A stretch of 64,000 nucleotides of DNA from an uncultured virus (IMG/VR IMGVR_UViG_3300028832_000142) (taxonomy: Duplodnaviria; Heunggongvirae; Uroviricota; Caudoviricetes), in the IMG/VR virus record IMGVR_UViG_3300028832_000142; one strand, written 5' to 3'. The translations under genes and the position numbers were made by a program. The notes under the pieces are model-generated. The model had not been told where the DNA came from, made no database searches, and saw only the letters and a program-made list of their open reading frames with translations. Of the stretch, positions 48,642 to 57,589 are shown in pieces. Numbering within the stretch: the first letter of the stretch is position 1; each line of letters opens with the position of its first letter.

Positions 48642-50597
48642 TCAGCCTGCCTCTTCGGGCATCTCGATCTCGATAACGATAGCTGCCTTAGGACGAACCA
48701 GAGCACCAGACATACGAGTCTCTATCAGATACTTATGCTGGTTTACATCGATATCGAAATCTTCGAAGGTGTTAACTTCACCGCCACGATCGGTACCTAC
48801 GTTGTAGTCAACGGGGTTAACGATGATAGCTGCGATGCCGTAAGTCTTGGTTACGGTCTGGCCTTCGATGGTCTCTGTAACAGTCTCGGTAAGACCTTCC
48901 ATTACAGGAACTTCAACGATCTCGCTTACGCGGCACTTGGTAGCCAGCTCGTTGTCAGTCTTGTACAGGCTGTAGCCGTTACCATCTTCAAGGAGCAGCA
49001 TCTCAGTATGCTCATCAGCTGTGGTGAACATCTTAGGATTGCCGGTACCCTTATACTGCTTACGAGCCTTAATAGCAGCACGAATGATCCTCTTTGCACG
49101 AGCAGCTTCAGTCTCGCTCTGAACGAGAGGCAGACGTACATGGATAGTATAAAGCTCATCATCCTTCCAGATAGGGCAGATATTGGTCTCTTTGATCTTA
49201 TCATCAGATGCCGGATTACGACCATCACCTACCAGAACCGCACGAGCAACTTCCTCCTGCAGCATGAAACGCATTTCCTCACGGATCCAACCTACAACGT
49301 CAAAATCAGTAATATCTACGATATCATCGCGATCAAGCTTCTGTTTCTTGTAGATAGTCTGAGGACCAAACGATCTCTTAAGCAGCGTGAATACTTCCTC
49401 GATCTTCTGCTTACCCTTCATGTAACCTCTAGCACGAGCTTCATCTTCGGTGATGTCAGCAAACATCATCTTAACACGTGCAAAAGGAGTGTGATGGATA
49501 GATCCCATCAGGTGAGATACCCAATCCATGTCTCTCTTGATAAACTCAGGAGCACCATTGTTAAGAGCCTTGGGCTCCGGGAACAGCCAATCAATATTGG
49601 CAATACCGTAAGTCTGCTCAGTTCCATCAGCATTATGAGGGTAATTGGGAGTAGGTATAATAGCATGAGCTATAACACCATTCTCATCCTCCATGTGATG
49701 CTTAATGGATTCCTTAAGTGTACCAAACTTCTTCATGTCCTTAAGAATCTGCTTTCTGTCTTCCAGAGTCAGAACAGGACCGTTACTGGTATAACCGTCA
49801 GCGTCATAAACGTTGTGTTTCATTTCTTCATCCTCCTCTTTGTTATCTTCGCCTTCATTTGAAGCGATTACTTCTGCCAGCATCGCGTGAAGCAACGCAA
49901 GCTGATCTTCATCTAAACTATCATATATTTCCTGGGCAGAACGACCTTCTGAGTCAGCTGAGTGTTCTACTGAATCTCCTTCAGCATCTTCTCCATCTTC
50001 GGAATCATCTTCATCAGACTCTTCATCTTCATCAGACTCTTCGTCTTCGTCGTTATCATCTTCTTCGTCCTCATCGTACTCTTCGTCTTCGTCGTTATCA
50101 TCTTCTTCGATATCAATAGCATCGTCAAGACCATGATAAAGAATAGCTTCGTCAAGATCAAGTTCAGCTATCTCATCCGGATCTGTATAGCCCAGAGAAT
50201 GAGCTATAGAAATCGTATCGATAAGGGCACCAGGATTTGCACCAGCAAGAACCAGAGATACTTCTCTGATCACGCCATGCATAACATTTTTGCCTTTCTT
50301 ATTCAGATTATTAGCATAGATGGACAATGCTGTAAGATCATTATTAGCAAGTATTTCACGAGCTCTCTGACCTTCCGGAGTATTGTTCAGTTTGCAATGT
50401 GCATAAATATGATCACCACGATCTTCGAGGATAGCATGACCAAGCACATTACTTAAACTTCCATGCTGGTGATTCCAAACAAGAGGCACTTTAGCGCCGT
50501 CACATTCAGTAAAAGCACCTTTGTTGATAGTTAAACCATCAGCACAACGGATACCATACTTAGTAGCGACACCACCAAAATCGTACTTTGCTCCCAT
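48642..50597 (-). CDS. Prohead protease-scaffold-major capsid fusion (HK97 fold)
   Basis: VPLVWNHQH, LGHA, LSIYA and EVSLVLAGANPGA protease motifs; acidic linker; FDIDVNQ.KYLIETR.SGAL capsid C-terminus. Confidence 0.9.
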   Translation of the reverse strand: MGAKYDFGGVATKYGIRCADGLTINKGAFTECDGAKVPLVWNHQHGSLSNVLGHAILEDRGDHIYAHCKLNNTPEGQRAREILANNDLTALSIYANNLNKKGKNVMHGVIREVSLVLAGANPGALIDTISIAHSLGYTDPDEIAELDLDEAILYHGLDDAIDIEEDDNDEDEEYDEDEEDDNDEDEESDEDEESDEDDSEDGEDAEGDSVEHSADSEGRSAQEIYDSLDEDQLALLHAMLAEVIASNEGEDNKEEDEEMKHNVYDADGYTSNGPVLTLEDRKQILKDMKKFGTLKESIKHHMEDENGVIAHAIIPTPNYPHNADGTEQTYGIANIDWLFPEPKALNNGAPEFIKRDMDWVSHLMGSIHHTPFARVKMMFADITEDEARARGYMKGKQKIEEVFTLLKRSFGPQTIYKKQKLDRDDIVDITDFDVVGWIREEMRFMLQEEVARAVLVGDGRNPASDDKIKETNICPIWKDDELYTIHVRLPLVQSETEAARAKRIIRAAIKARKQYKGTGNPKMFTTADEHTEMLLLEDGNGYSLYKTDNELATKCRVSEIVEVPVMEGLTETVTETIEGQTVTKTYGIAAIIVNPVDYNVGTDRGGEVNTFEDFDIDVNQHKYLIETRMSGALVRPKAAIVIEIEMPEEAG

Positions 50598-50615
50598 TTT
50601 GATGAATCTCCTTTC

Positions 50616-51941
50616 TTACTGGATTCCTAATAATTGTTTAGCTACCGCTTCACCTATTTGCAACTTATCAGGTACCTGTTCTTCATATTCTGGAGTATTA
50701 CCAGTACCTCCATCTTCTGAAACAACAGGGAATGTTTCACCTTCCTGAGCATTTAAGTTGTTGTTACGCAATTCATTTGCTTTTGGATCATCTACCGGCT
50801 TGTATCCTATAATAGATCTGATTTCATTAGCAGAAAGAACTGCATTACGACTAAGCTTATCAGCCAGTTCAGCGACCTGACTAGCAGGAACAAGTTTAAA
50901 CGGTTGCTGGATGTACATTATTGCCTGTTTCTGTGTTATAGCCGTGGAAGTAAGGAATTTACGAGTAAACTCGTCAGCTATAGCTGAAAGCACCGGCTCT
51001 AATGTGTTGTTTCTATAGTTAAGCATCTCCTGTTCTGTTGCCGTACCATCTAAGATGGCTTTGGAGACACCTAGCTGACTGTAAAGAATGTCCATAAGGT
51101 ATTCCACTGTTTTAAGAAGATTGTTTTCCAATGATCTATTAAGCTGAATTACCTTTTCTGTTCCGTCGGTGTATGCAACACCGTATTTTGAACCAGCTAA
51201 CTGTTGTTCTATATCTTTTCTTCTCTCTTCAGCCTGCTGTTTATGTTTTTCAGAACGAATCACATAAGGAAGCTGAACAATGAGGTCTAGTTTAGAATCA
51301 GCTGCTTGTTCGTCTATGGACTCCATAAGTGACATCTTCCTAATAATCTGCTTAGCTACTGAATTTCGATCATTCATGACAGCGTAGAATGGATTTTCAA
51401 TTATAGCTACAGCTCTTTTAGGATAAACTACTTCTCGTTTACGACCGCTATCGTCGTCATAAATTTCAACTCTAACATGTTGAGGAAACCATTGTTTTAT
51501 ACGAGCAGTACGCAACTCATAAATTTTAAAAGCATCATTATAACGAATATCAACATCGGTATATGTAGGAACAACCGCGACAACACCTTCATCAAACATA
51601 GACATAACAAGATCCTGCATAAAAGCGCGACCAGTTTGATCTATATTAGCAGTCATATTAAGACATTTGTTCAATGAAGTATATAATGTGTCAACATATT
51701 GATCATTATCGTTCTTCTTCGCATGCATCAATCTGACGCCAGCAACATCTATCGCTATACGCTCATAAATAGCGGTAACGAGAGTTCGGTCAGTGCCAGA
51801 AATCGGTCTAAACTTATCCGAACGATATGAATACGATGGACCGTAGTCCAACTTATATGTCGCGGGTGAATAATCATATGTTGGATCCTGTCCTTTAAAG
51901 ACACTCCAAGCTTTTTTAACCCTATCAACTATAGATGGCAT
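50616..51941 (-). CDS. Portal protein
   Basis: IYERIAIDVA, ANIDQTGRAF, LDLIVQLPY, NEIR..IG. Confidence 0.9.
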   Translation of the reverse strand: MPSIVDRVKKAWSVFKGQDPTYDYSPATYKLDYGPSYSYRSDKFRPISGTDRTLVTAIYERIAIDVAGVRLMHAKKNDNDQYVDTLYTSLNKCLNMTANIDQTGRAFMQDLVMSMFDEGVVAVVPTYTDVDIRYNDAFKIYELRTARIKQWFPQHVRVEIYDDDSGRKREVVYPKRAVAIIENPFYAVMNDRNSVAKQIIRKMSLMESIDEQAADSKLDLIVQLPYVIRSEKHKQQAEERRKDIEQQLAGSKYGVAYTDGTEKVIQLNRSLENNLLKTVEYLMDILYSQLGVSKAILDGTATEQEMLNYRNNTLEPVLSAIADEFTRKFLTSTAITQKQAIMYIQQPFKLVPASQVAELADKLSRNAVLSANEIRSIIGYKPVDDPKANELRNNNLNAQEGETFPVVSEDGGTGNTPEYEEQVPDKLQIGEAVAKQLLGIQ

Positions 51942-52032
51942 CGGCCTCTCCTCTCATTTTGATGAAACTGCTACAAACGAAACAATACTGTCGAGATTAT
52001 GCATCGTTTTGTATAAGTTTCGTATTAAACAG

Positions 52033-52587
52033 TTAACGGCCACCTCTGCGATAAGCACGTTCTGCTTTACGAGCCTCGTGAAGCTTTTTATTACGTCTCT
52101 TTTCTTCTTTACGAGCTGCTGACTTTGCTACTACAGATGCAGCAGTTTTAAATCCAGTCTGTTCTTTAGATTTTTTAACAATGTCAGACATAGAACTACC
52201 TTTAACAGGTTTTCTTCCAGATTCTTTTCGCTCTTTTAAAACATTATTTGCTATATTTGCGGTGTTGTTTTCATAATATGTACCATGTCCACTTGGTACA
52301 TGCCTGCTACGATCATTCTCAGCTGTTTCATTGTTAGAAATTCTTCTAAGCTGGCTATTACTCAATTTATCAAGTTTACGAGCCATTTTAGCATCAAGTC
52401 TATTTAATATATCGCTTTCTTTAGACTCCATATAACCAGCTCCGAGTCTTCTAGGACTATCCGGACGTTGCATGAATTTAAGTCCAGCTTTTCTTTTATG
52501 CCATTTCATTCCGGGAATACCATAATGCATAAGGCTATTCTGATGATCATGAAAAGCAGCCGAATACTCTTTAAAATCTGTACTCAT
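52033..52587 (-). CDS. DUF7211-like basic protein
   Basis: DFKEYSAAFHDHQNSLMHYGIPGMKW leader. Confidence 0.75.
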   Translation of the reverse strand: MSTDFKEYSAAFHDHQNSLMHYGIPGMKWHKRKAGLKFMQRPDSPRRLGAGYMESKESDILNRLDAKMARKLDKLSNSQLRRISNNETAENDRSRHVPSGHGTYYENNTANIANNVLKERKESGRKPVKGSSMSDIVKKSKEQTGFKTAASVVAKSAARKEEKRRNKKLHEARKAERAYRRGGR

Positions 52588-52988
52588 GCTTTACTCCTTT
52601 CTGCGTAAGTACCTCTCTTATACTTACCGCGTCTTTTCTTCTTTTTAGCAAGAAGCTCTTCTTTCGTGGGTTCTCCCTTCGGAGCAATTTTCTTGCCTGA
52701 CAACTTAGCGTTTTTGAGAGAGCCAGTTATCTCGCTATGTTTCTTGGGAACAGCGTCATAAATAGCCTTAGCTAACTGCACGCCAAGCTGTCCCCTACCA
52801 GCTGAGTAAGCAATATCAGATGCTGCCCTTTCTTTAGCCAGTCTATCTTCTTTTTTCTTCTGCTCTTCAGTCTTCTGGCCATTCTTTTTCCTCTTGCTAG
52901 GATCCCATTTCATACCGGGGACACCATAATGCATAAGATCATTCTGGTGATCGTGGAAGGCAGCCGAATATTCTCTGAAATCATTCAT
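52584..52988 (-). CDS. DUF7211-like basic protein
   Basis: DFREYSAAFHDHQNDLMHYGVPGMKW leader. Confidence 0.75.
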   Translation of the reverse strand: MNDFREYSAAFHDHQNDLMHYGVPGMKWDPSKRKKNGQKTEEQKKKEDRLAKERAASDIAYSAGRGQLGVQLAKAIYDAVPKKHSEITGSLKNAKLSGKKIAPKGEPTKEELLAKKKKRRGKYKRGTYAERSKA

Positions 52989-52993
52989 TGTAA

Positions 52994-53425
52994 CTACCTC
53001 CTCTTTTTCTTTCTAAACTTTTTAAACGTGTTTTCGATTTTTCCAAGAATCGAATCATTGTATAATTTTTTAACATAATTAGCGTCACTAATTGCAGAAA
53101 CTCTATCTTTCTTATATTTAGTTGCTAAATCATTGTAATAGTCTTTTTCTGTTCCACGTTTACGATTGCCATAAACATCTTCATAATGAACTTCTGTCTT
53201 TTTATTAAGATAGGGACTATTAGCTGTTTTTCTAGCTTCTATTTCATTTTTAGCAGCGCTTAATCCACCTCTTCGTATTAAAGATTCTTCTTTCTTAAGA
53301 CCTATACCAGTTATTTCCTGAAGACGGCGTTTATAATGGTGCCATTTCATACCCTTTACACCGTAATGCATGAGTTCGTTCTGGTGATCATAAAAAGCGG
53401 CAGAATATTCTTTGAAATCAGTCAT
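52994..53425 (-). CDS. DUF7211-like basic protein
   Basis: DFKEYSAAFYDHQNELMHYGVKGMKW leader. Confidence 0.75.
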   Translation of the reverse strand: MTDFKEYSAAFYDHQNELMHYGVKGMKWHHYKRRLQEITGIGLKKEESLIRRGGLSAAKNEIEARKTANSPYLNKKTEVHYEDVYGNRKRGTEKDYYNDLATKYKKDRVSAISDANYVKKLYNDSILGKIENTFKKFRKKKRR

Positions 53426-53426
53426 A

Positions 53427-53741
53427 TTAAATACCTCCATTTGGAGCGGATACAGGTAATTTTTTTACCTGGTCCATAAGTTTCTCGGCTGTGCCATTTC
53501 CTCCCATTCCTCTGTAAGGAACATACAAATAATTATACAAATCCTCATAATCACTTGTAGAAATCCAGCCTTGTTCTAAGTAGTGTTCGCAAAGATACTT
53601 TATACGATCATGACCTAATCCCAAAAGCATTTGAAACTTTGCGTCTTTCTTCTCACTAATCTTCTGCATTAGTGACCAGAATCCGTTACTAGCAAAAACT
53701 GCACAAATGACTGTCACTGCTAGTTCAATCCAATGTTGCAT
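53427..53741 (-). CDS. Holin-associated membrane protein
   Basis: N-terminal TM helix; LLGLGHDRI and Y..MGGNG. Confidence 0.65.
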   Translation of the reverse strand: MQHWIELAVTVICAVFASNGFWSLMQKISEKKDAKFQMLLGLGHDRIKYLCEHYLEQGWISTSDYEDLYNYLYVPYRGMGGNGTAEKLMDQVKKLPVSAPNGGI

Positions 53742-53754
53742 CGTAGTGTCCTCC

Positions 53755-54090
53755 TCACATCACCTTAAGATTGATAATGCCTTTCTCTTTCATTTTGATG
53801 ATTCTGTCTCGATCGACATCACCATCAAGTTTAAGACCTAAAAGAGCAGAGCCACTATCAGCTTCAGTGTCCACTACAACCGATCCTTCAGTTGTAACTT
53901 CGGGAAGACCTGTCGCAAAACTTGTAAGTATGGAAATTATGCCGGCTACGATTGAGATTGATATGAGCTGGACCCAATCAACATCTTTTATAGCCATTCC
54001 TACCGTTAGCATCGATAACGCAGTCTGAGCCATTGTTCTTAAAGCTCTTATCAAAGCTGCCACGAGCCAATCTTTACCTGTTCGTTTCAT
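53755..54090 (-). CDS. Holin (r1t-like)
   Basis: W..AALIRALRT.AQTA...S.LTS..TGLPEV. Confidence 0.85.
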   Translation of the reverse strand: MKRTGKDWLVAALIRALRTMAQTALSMLTVGMAIKDVDWVQLISISIVAGIISILTSFATGLPEVTTEGSVVVDTEADSGSALLGLKLDGDVDRDRIIKMKEKGIINLKVM

Positions 54091-54103
54091 ACAGATCACC
54101 TCC

Positions 54104-54571
54104 TTATCTCTTTATTTTAGAGCCTATATAGTAACCTGCCGGTATTGTAGCCCACAAAGGCAATATTACAGGGACTAAAACACCAGCAACTGCACCAACT
54201 GTAGCACCGGTTTTAGCGTTGTTAAACTGAGCATATGTTAAAGGTTTTTTACCATACTCCTTAAGATACTTAGCGGAGAAACGTTTAGCTCGCTTAGCGG
54301 AAGCTACTATCTCACGTTCAGTTCTTGTATGACTCATACGAGAGTATTCCTTACGAAGATCGGCAGAGGTGCTTAACACTCTGTTGAGTATACGATTATC
54401 GTAACTCATTACTTTGTCGGTGGCTTCTGAAGCTAATTCTTTAAGAGATTTTCGCTTCTTACCCTCCGGAGTCAGAGTACCATCTGGATTTTGATACCGT
54501 CTCACACCCCAGTGCATTCCCCTTACCCCATAGTGGTAAAGTTGTGAATAATTATTAACACCACTCATCAC
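54104..54571 (-). CDS. DUF7211-like protein with C-terminal hydrophobic segment
   Basis: LYHYGVRGMHWGVRRYQNPDGTLT. Confidence 0.75.
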   Translation of the reverse strand: MMSGVNNYSQLYHYGVRGMHWGVRRYQNPDGTLTPEGKKRKSLKELASEATDKVMSYDNRILNRVLSTSADLRKEYSRMSHTRTEREIVASAKRAKRFSAKYLKEYGKKPLTYAQFNNAKTGATVGAVAGVLVPVILPLWATIPAGYYIGSKIKR

Positions 54572-55278
54572 TTTTTATTCTTCTTTTTACCACCGCTAAG
54601 TTTAACGCCATATTTTTTCTCAAGTTCTTGTTTTCTAAGTTCTTTCTGAACTTCAAATTCAAGATTCTTCAATTCTTCACGCTGTTTTTCAAGCGCTTCT
54701 TGCTTCTGCTGTGCTTTCCTCTCTTTAGCATTAAAATCAAGAATAGTATTTGTAGGAAGGCCCATCTTCGAACGTATAAACTTACCGGCATCACTATTTA
54801 TAAACCGTATACCATTATTAAGAACGTCTCCATATGATAACATGGTGTCTGCTAATTGTTTTCCTTTACGAAGTTTATTATGATTAAGATCTTTAACATT
54901 ATCTATAAGACGAATACGATCTATAGCTTTACTTATTTCATCGTTTGAAAACATATCTTGATACTTTAAAATCTGATTAGGATCTTTAAGTATCTCAGAA
55001 CGCTTTTTATAGAATTTTTCACGCTTTTTAGCTTCTCTAAGTTTAGCACGTTCTACTCGCTTAGCTATTTTTCGTTCTCTCTTGGTAAGATTATTAGATA
55101 TTCGTTTTTTACCGAGTTCTGTAAGAGTACCATCAGGATTTTGATAACGTCTTACACCCCATTTCATACCAAGAATACCATAATGCATAAGATCAGGTTT
55201 ATTAATCAAATCAAGATTGCGAATCTCGTCAATGGGTGGTTTGTTAACGAGACCGTAATAATTAATTTCATCAGGCAT
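54568..55278 (-). CDS. DUF7211-like basic protein
   Basis: LMHYGILGMKWGVRRYQNPDGTLT. Confidence 0.75.
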   Translation of the reverse strand: MPDEINYYGLVNKPPIDEIRNLDLINKPDLMHYGILGMKWGVRRYQNPDGTLTELGKKRISNNLTKRERKIAKRVERAKLREAKKREKFYKKRSEILKDPNQILKYQDMFSNDEISKAIDRIRLIDNVKDLNHNKLRKGKQLADTMLSYGDVLNNGIRFINSDAGKFIRSKMGLPTNTILDFNAKERKAQQKQEALEKQREELKNLEFEVQKELRKQELEKKYGVKLSGGKKKNKK

Positions 55279-55347
55279 GGTAACTTACCTCCCACTCTTA
55301 TTTTGATGAAATGAGGAGCCTCGATTTGAGACTCCTCAGATAATTTG

Positions 55348-55746
55348 TTACATCATATTCATGGCTTCCATCATCTTCTGACGAACCTGCTCATTTGGAG
55401 CATTGTTCATCATTTCCTGTATCTCCATACGGAAATCGCCATGGGTTGAGTAGCCACCACCGTCACGAGATGAATAACGTCCCATAGAATCTCTACGAGC
55501 ATACGGCCCACGCCCACGAGCGTAAGACATGTCATAGTCATAACTCATACGAGGCATTCTAGGCATGGCTGCCTGACTATAACCATCCATTTCCATCTCT
55601 TTATCTTCTATAACCTTACAAAGGTTTTTCAAAGAATGTGCGAGGATGTCTATCTGCTGCAAAGCTGCCATGTCAAGCTTGTCGCGCTTTGCATAACTTT
55701 TAAGCTCAGTCATGAGCTTATCTTTTATTTCATATAAATCCTGCAT
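55348..55746 (-). CDS. Hypothetical protein of the accessory module (SYARGR...RDSMGRYS)
   Basis: GGAGG RBS; followed by hairpin at 55312-55338. Confidence 0.7.
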   Translation of the reverse strand: MQDLYEIKDKLMTELKSYAKRDKLDMAALQQIDILAHSLKNLCKVIEDKEMEMDGYSQAAMPRMPRMSYDYDMSYARGRGPYARRDSMGRYSSRDGGGYSTHGDFRMEIQEMMNNAPNEQVRQKMMEAMNMM

Positions 55747-55759
55747 AGCTTTCTCCTCC

Positions 55760-56212
55760 TTATGCTATTCTATCTATTACCAGATTTCCGTTCTGCACAT
55801 TAATTACAGAAGTCGGTGTTACAGTCGGATCGTTTGATGCTGATACCGATCTAACAGCTGTTGATAAACAACAACCATTACGAACCTGAATAATAGCAGT
55901 ACAAGTAACATTACCATACTGATCAACAGCTGCCGGAGTATATATAGCTCTACTTGTAGGGAGAGGTTCGCCTTCAAGTGTAATAGCTAAAGCTATAGGA
56001 CCTACAGTGCCACCTTCAGGAATAGCAATATTTCCACTAAAAGTTAACTGATATGTGGCATAACATTGGTTGGTAACACCTCTCAGAATAAAAACCCCAG
56101 ATTCGTCTCTATGTATAACATAGCCTTTACGACAAGGGATAGATGCTGTAAATATCACAGGTCCGTTTAATGATACCTGCTGAACTGCATTAGCAAGATA
56201 TTCTGCTGCCAT
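55760..56212 (-). CDS. Beta-rich hypothetical protein (possibly BclA-C-like) of the accessory module
   Basis: HR.ESG.F.LRG, FSGNIA and N.NL.I.RIA. Confidence 0.65.
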   Translation of the reverse strand: MAAEYLANAVQQVSLNGPVIFTASIPCRKGYVIHRDESGVFILRGVTNQCYATYQLTFSGNIAIPEGGTVGPIALAITLEGEPLPTSRAIYTPAAVDQYGNVTCTAIIQVRNGCCLSTAVRSVSASNDPTVTPTSVINVQNGNLVIDRIA

Positions 56213-56226
56213 GGTATCACCTCCAA

Positions 56227-56910
56227 TTACGCTGCACAGCCGCAACCGCTAAATCCATTACCAGGACAAGTGAAAATAGGCTGAGATCCATAAACCGGAA
56301 CAGTGCCTACAGGACAATTCTTAAGTCTGTTATACAGAGCATCAACCTCTGTATTCAGATCATTTCTGGTAACTGCCAGATTGAGCTGATTCTGAAGGTT
56401 AACATTGTCTCTACGAGCCTGTTCAAGCTGAGTCTTAACATTATCCAGTTCAAGCTGACAAAGCTTATCAAGAACAAGCTGGTTATTCCTGTTCTGATTG
56501 TCGATGATGTCACGAGTATTCTGTATACTCTGAGTACGATCAGCACAATTCTCAGTAGCAACAGTATACTTAAGATCTGCAACTGCCAGTTTGTTATCGC
56601 AACAATACTGAGCAAACTGAGAACCAAGATTCTGGAAACCATTACTTACTGCAGCCTGAATAGCAGCTAACTGACTGTCGATCTGAACTCCTCTGAAACC
56701 AGCGTTCATAGAATCTGCCTGATTCATCCAAGGATAAAGACCATTCATTCCGCCACCACCAAAACCGTTGCCGTTATTTCCCCAACCAAGAAGCAGTAGT
56801 AAGATAATCCATGCCCAGTCTCCACCGAACATTCCATTACCCATTCCACCGTTTCCATAGCCATAAGCAGGGGCTACCGGCATGTACATGTTACCATTGG
56901 ATTCTATCAT
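56227..56910 (-). CDS. Gly-rich membrane-anchored coiled-coil protein of the accessory module
   Basis: GGDWAWIILLLLLGWG TM segment, YCCD, coiled coil, C-terminal GCGC. Confidence 0.75.
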   Translation of the reverse strand: MIESNGNMYMPVAPAYGYGNGGMGNGMFGGDWAWIILLLLLGWGNNGNGFGGGGMNGLYPWMNQADSMNAGFRGVQIDSQLAAIQAAVSNGFQNLGSQFAQYCCDNKLAVADLKYTVATENCADRTQSIQNTRDIIDNQNRNNQLVLDKLCQLELDNVKTQLEQARRDNVNLQNQLNLAVTRNDLNTEVDALYNRLKNCPVGTVPVYGSQPIFTCPGNGFSGCGCAA

Positions 56911-56958
56911 TTTAGAACCCTCCCTTCATAAAATATTTACATACCTCGACAGTATGTT

Positions 56959-57354
56959 TCACGATTCTGTGATTTCCATCCATGCTTGAATGGCTAATTC
57001 ATCAAAGATTGGCTTAAGAGCTGGATTAATGTAATCTATTCCTTCAACCCATCCACCATTTCTGGTAGCGTGACCATATTGAAGTAAGATAGCTACGTTA
57101 GCCCAATCTTTTTGGACATTGTAATTAAGAAATCGAAGGGTTATGGTACCTCTTTGCTTGTCTTCCTCGATCTCATAATCCCAAGCCATAGATGTAAATC
57201 CGGTGTCTTTAGGGGTGGCTTCTCTTAACGCTAAAACACCATAGTGGCCATATTTATTCAAAAGGTTAAGGTAATCTCTTTTTAAAATATGATTAAAAAA
57301 CTTCATGGTTTTCGAGAAATTACCTCTATGACTGAAATGTACTACAGAGCTCAT
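56959..57354 (-). CDS. HK97 gp10-like neck/tail-completion protein
   Basis: GV.AL..ATP.DTG.T..AW.Y and LQYGHAT.NGGWVEG.DYINPAL. Confidence 0.8.
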   Translation of the reverse strand: MSSVVHFSHRGNFSKTMKFFNHILKRDYLNLLNKYGHYGVLALREATPKDTGFTSMAWDYEIEEDKQRGTITLRFLNYNVQKDWANVAILLQYGHATRNGGWVEGIDYINPALKPIFDELAIQAWMEITES

Positions 57355-57376
57355 AATTTTCACCTCCTATAATGAG
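57355..57376 (+). promoter_or_regulatory. Phage promoter-like element, plus orientation
   Basis: TTTTCA-CCTCC-TATAAT-GAG, same core as the copies near 19056 and 28520. Confidence 0.7.
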
Positions 57377-57420
57377 AATATAGACTATACATTATTACCA
57401 TAAAAAGGAGGTATAAATAT

Positions 57421-57516
57421 ATGAGTATAGTTATAAGTGAATTATTAAAAGTTATAATTGGTAATATGATCGGAACGGCATTAATGTCGGCGATCAAAAA
57501 TAACTTTTTAGTATAG
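57421..57516 (+). CDS. 31-aa hydrophobic peptide MSIVISELLKVIIGNMIGTALMSAIKNNFLV
   Basis: AAGGAGGT RBS, upstream promoter, downstream hairpin at 57510-57530. Confidence 0.6.
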   Translation: MSIVISELLKVIIGNMIGTALMSAIKNNFLV

Positions 57517-57528
57517 GCATCGCCTATA

Positions 57529-57550
57529 CTTTTTCACCCCTTATAATGAG
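57529..57550 (+). promoter_or_regulatory. Phage promoter-like element, plus orientation
   Basis: TTTTCA-CCCCT-TATAAT-GAG fused to the T tract of the preceding hairpin. Confidence 0.7.
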
Positions 57551-57589
57551 CAATAGGTGCTCATAAACAAAAGAAAAGAGGTAAAAGAT

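Noticed and set aside
48735..49862. 375-aa plus-strand ORF
   Set aside because: Antisense shadow of the capsid gene; no RBS, promoter or recognisable motifs
49980..50110. Tandem DNA repeats (TCTTCGTCTTCGTCGTTATCATCTTCTTCG twice)
   Set aside because: They encode the Asp/Glu-rich scaffold linker of the capsid precursor; simple coding low complexity
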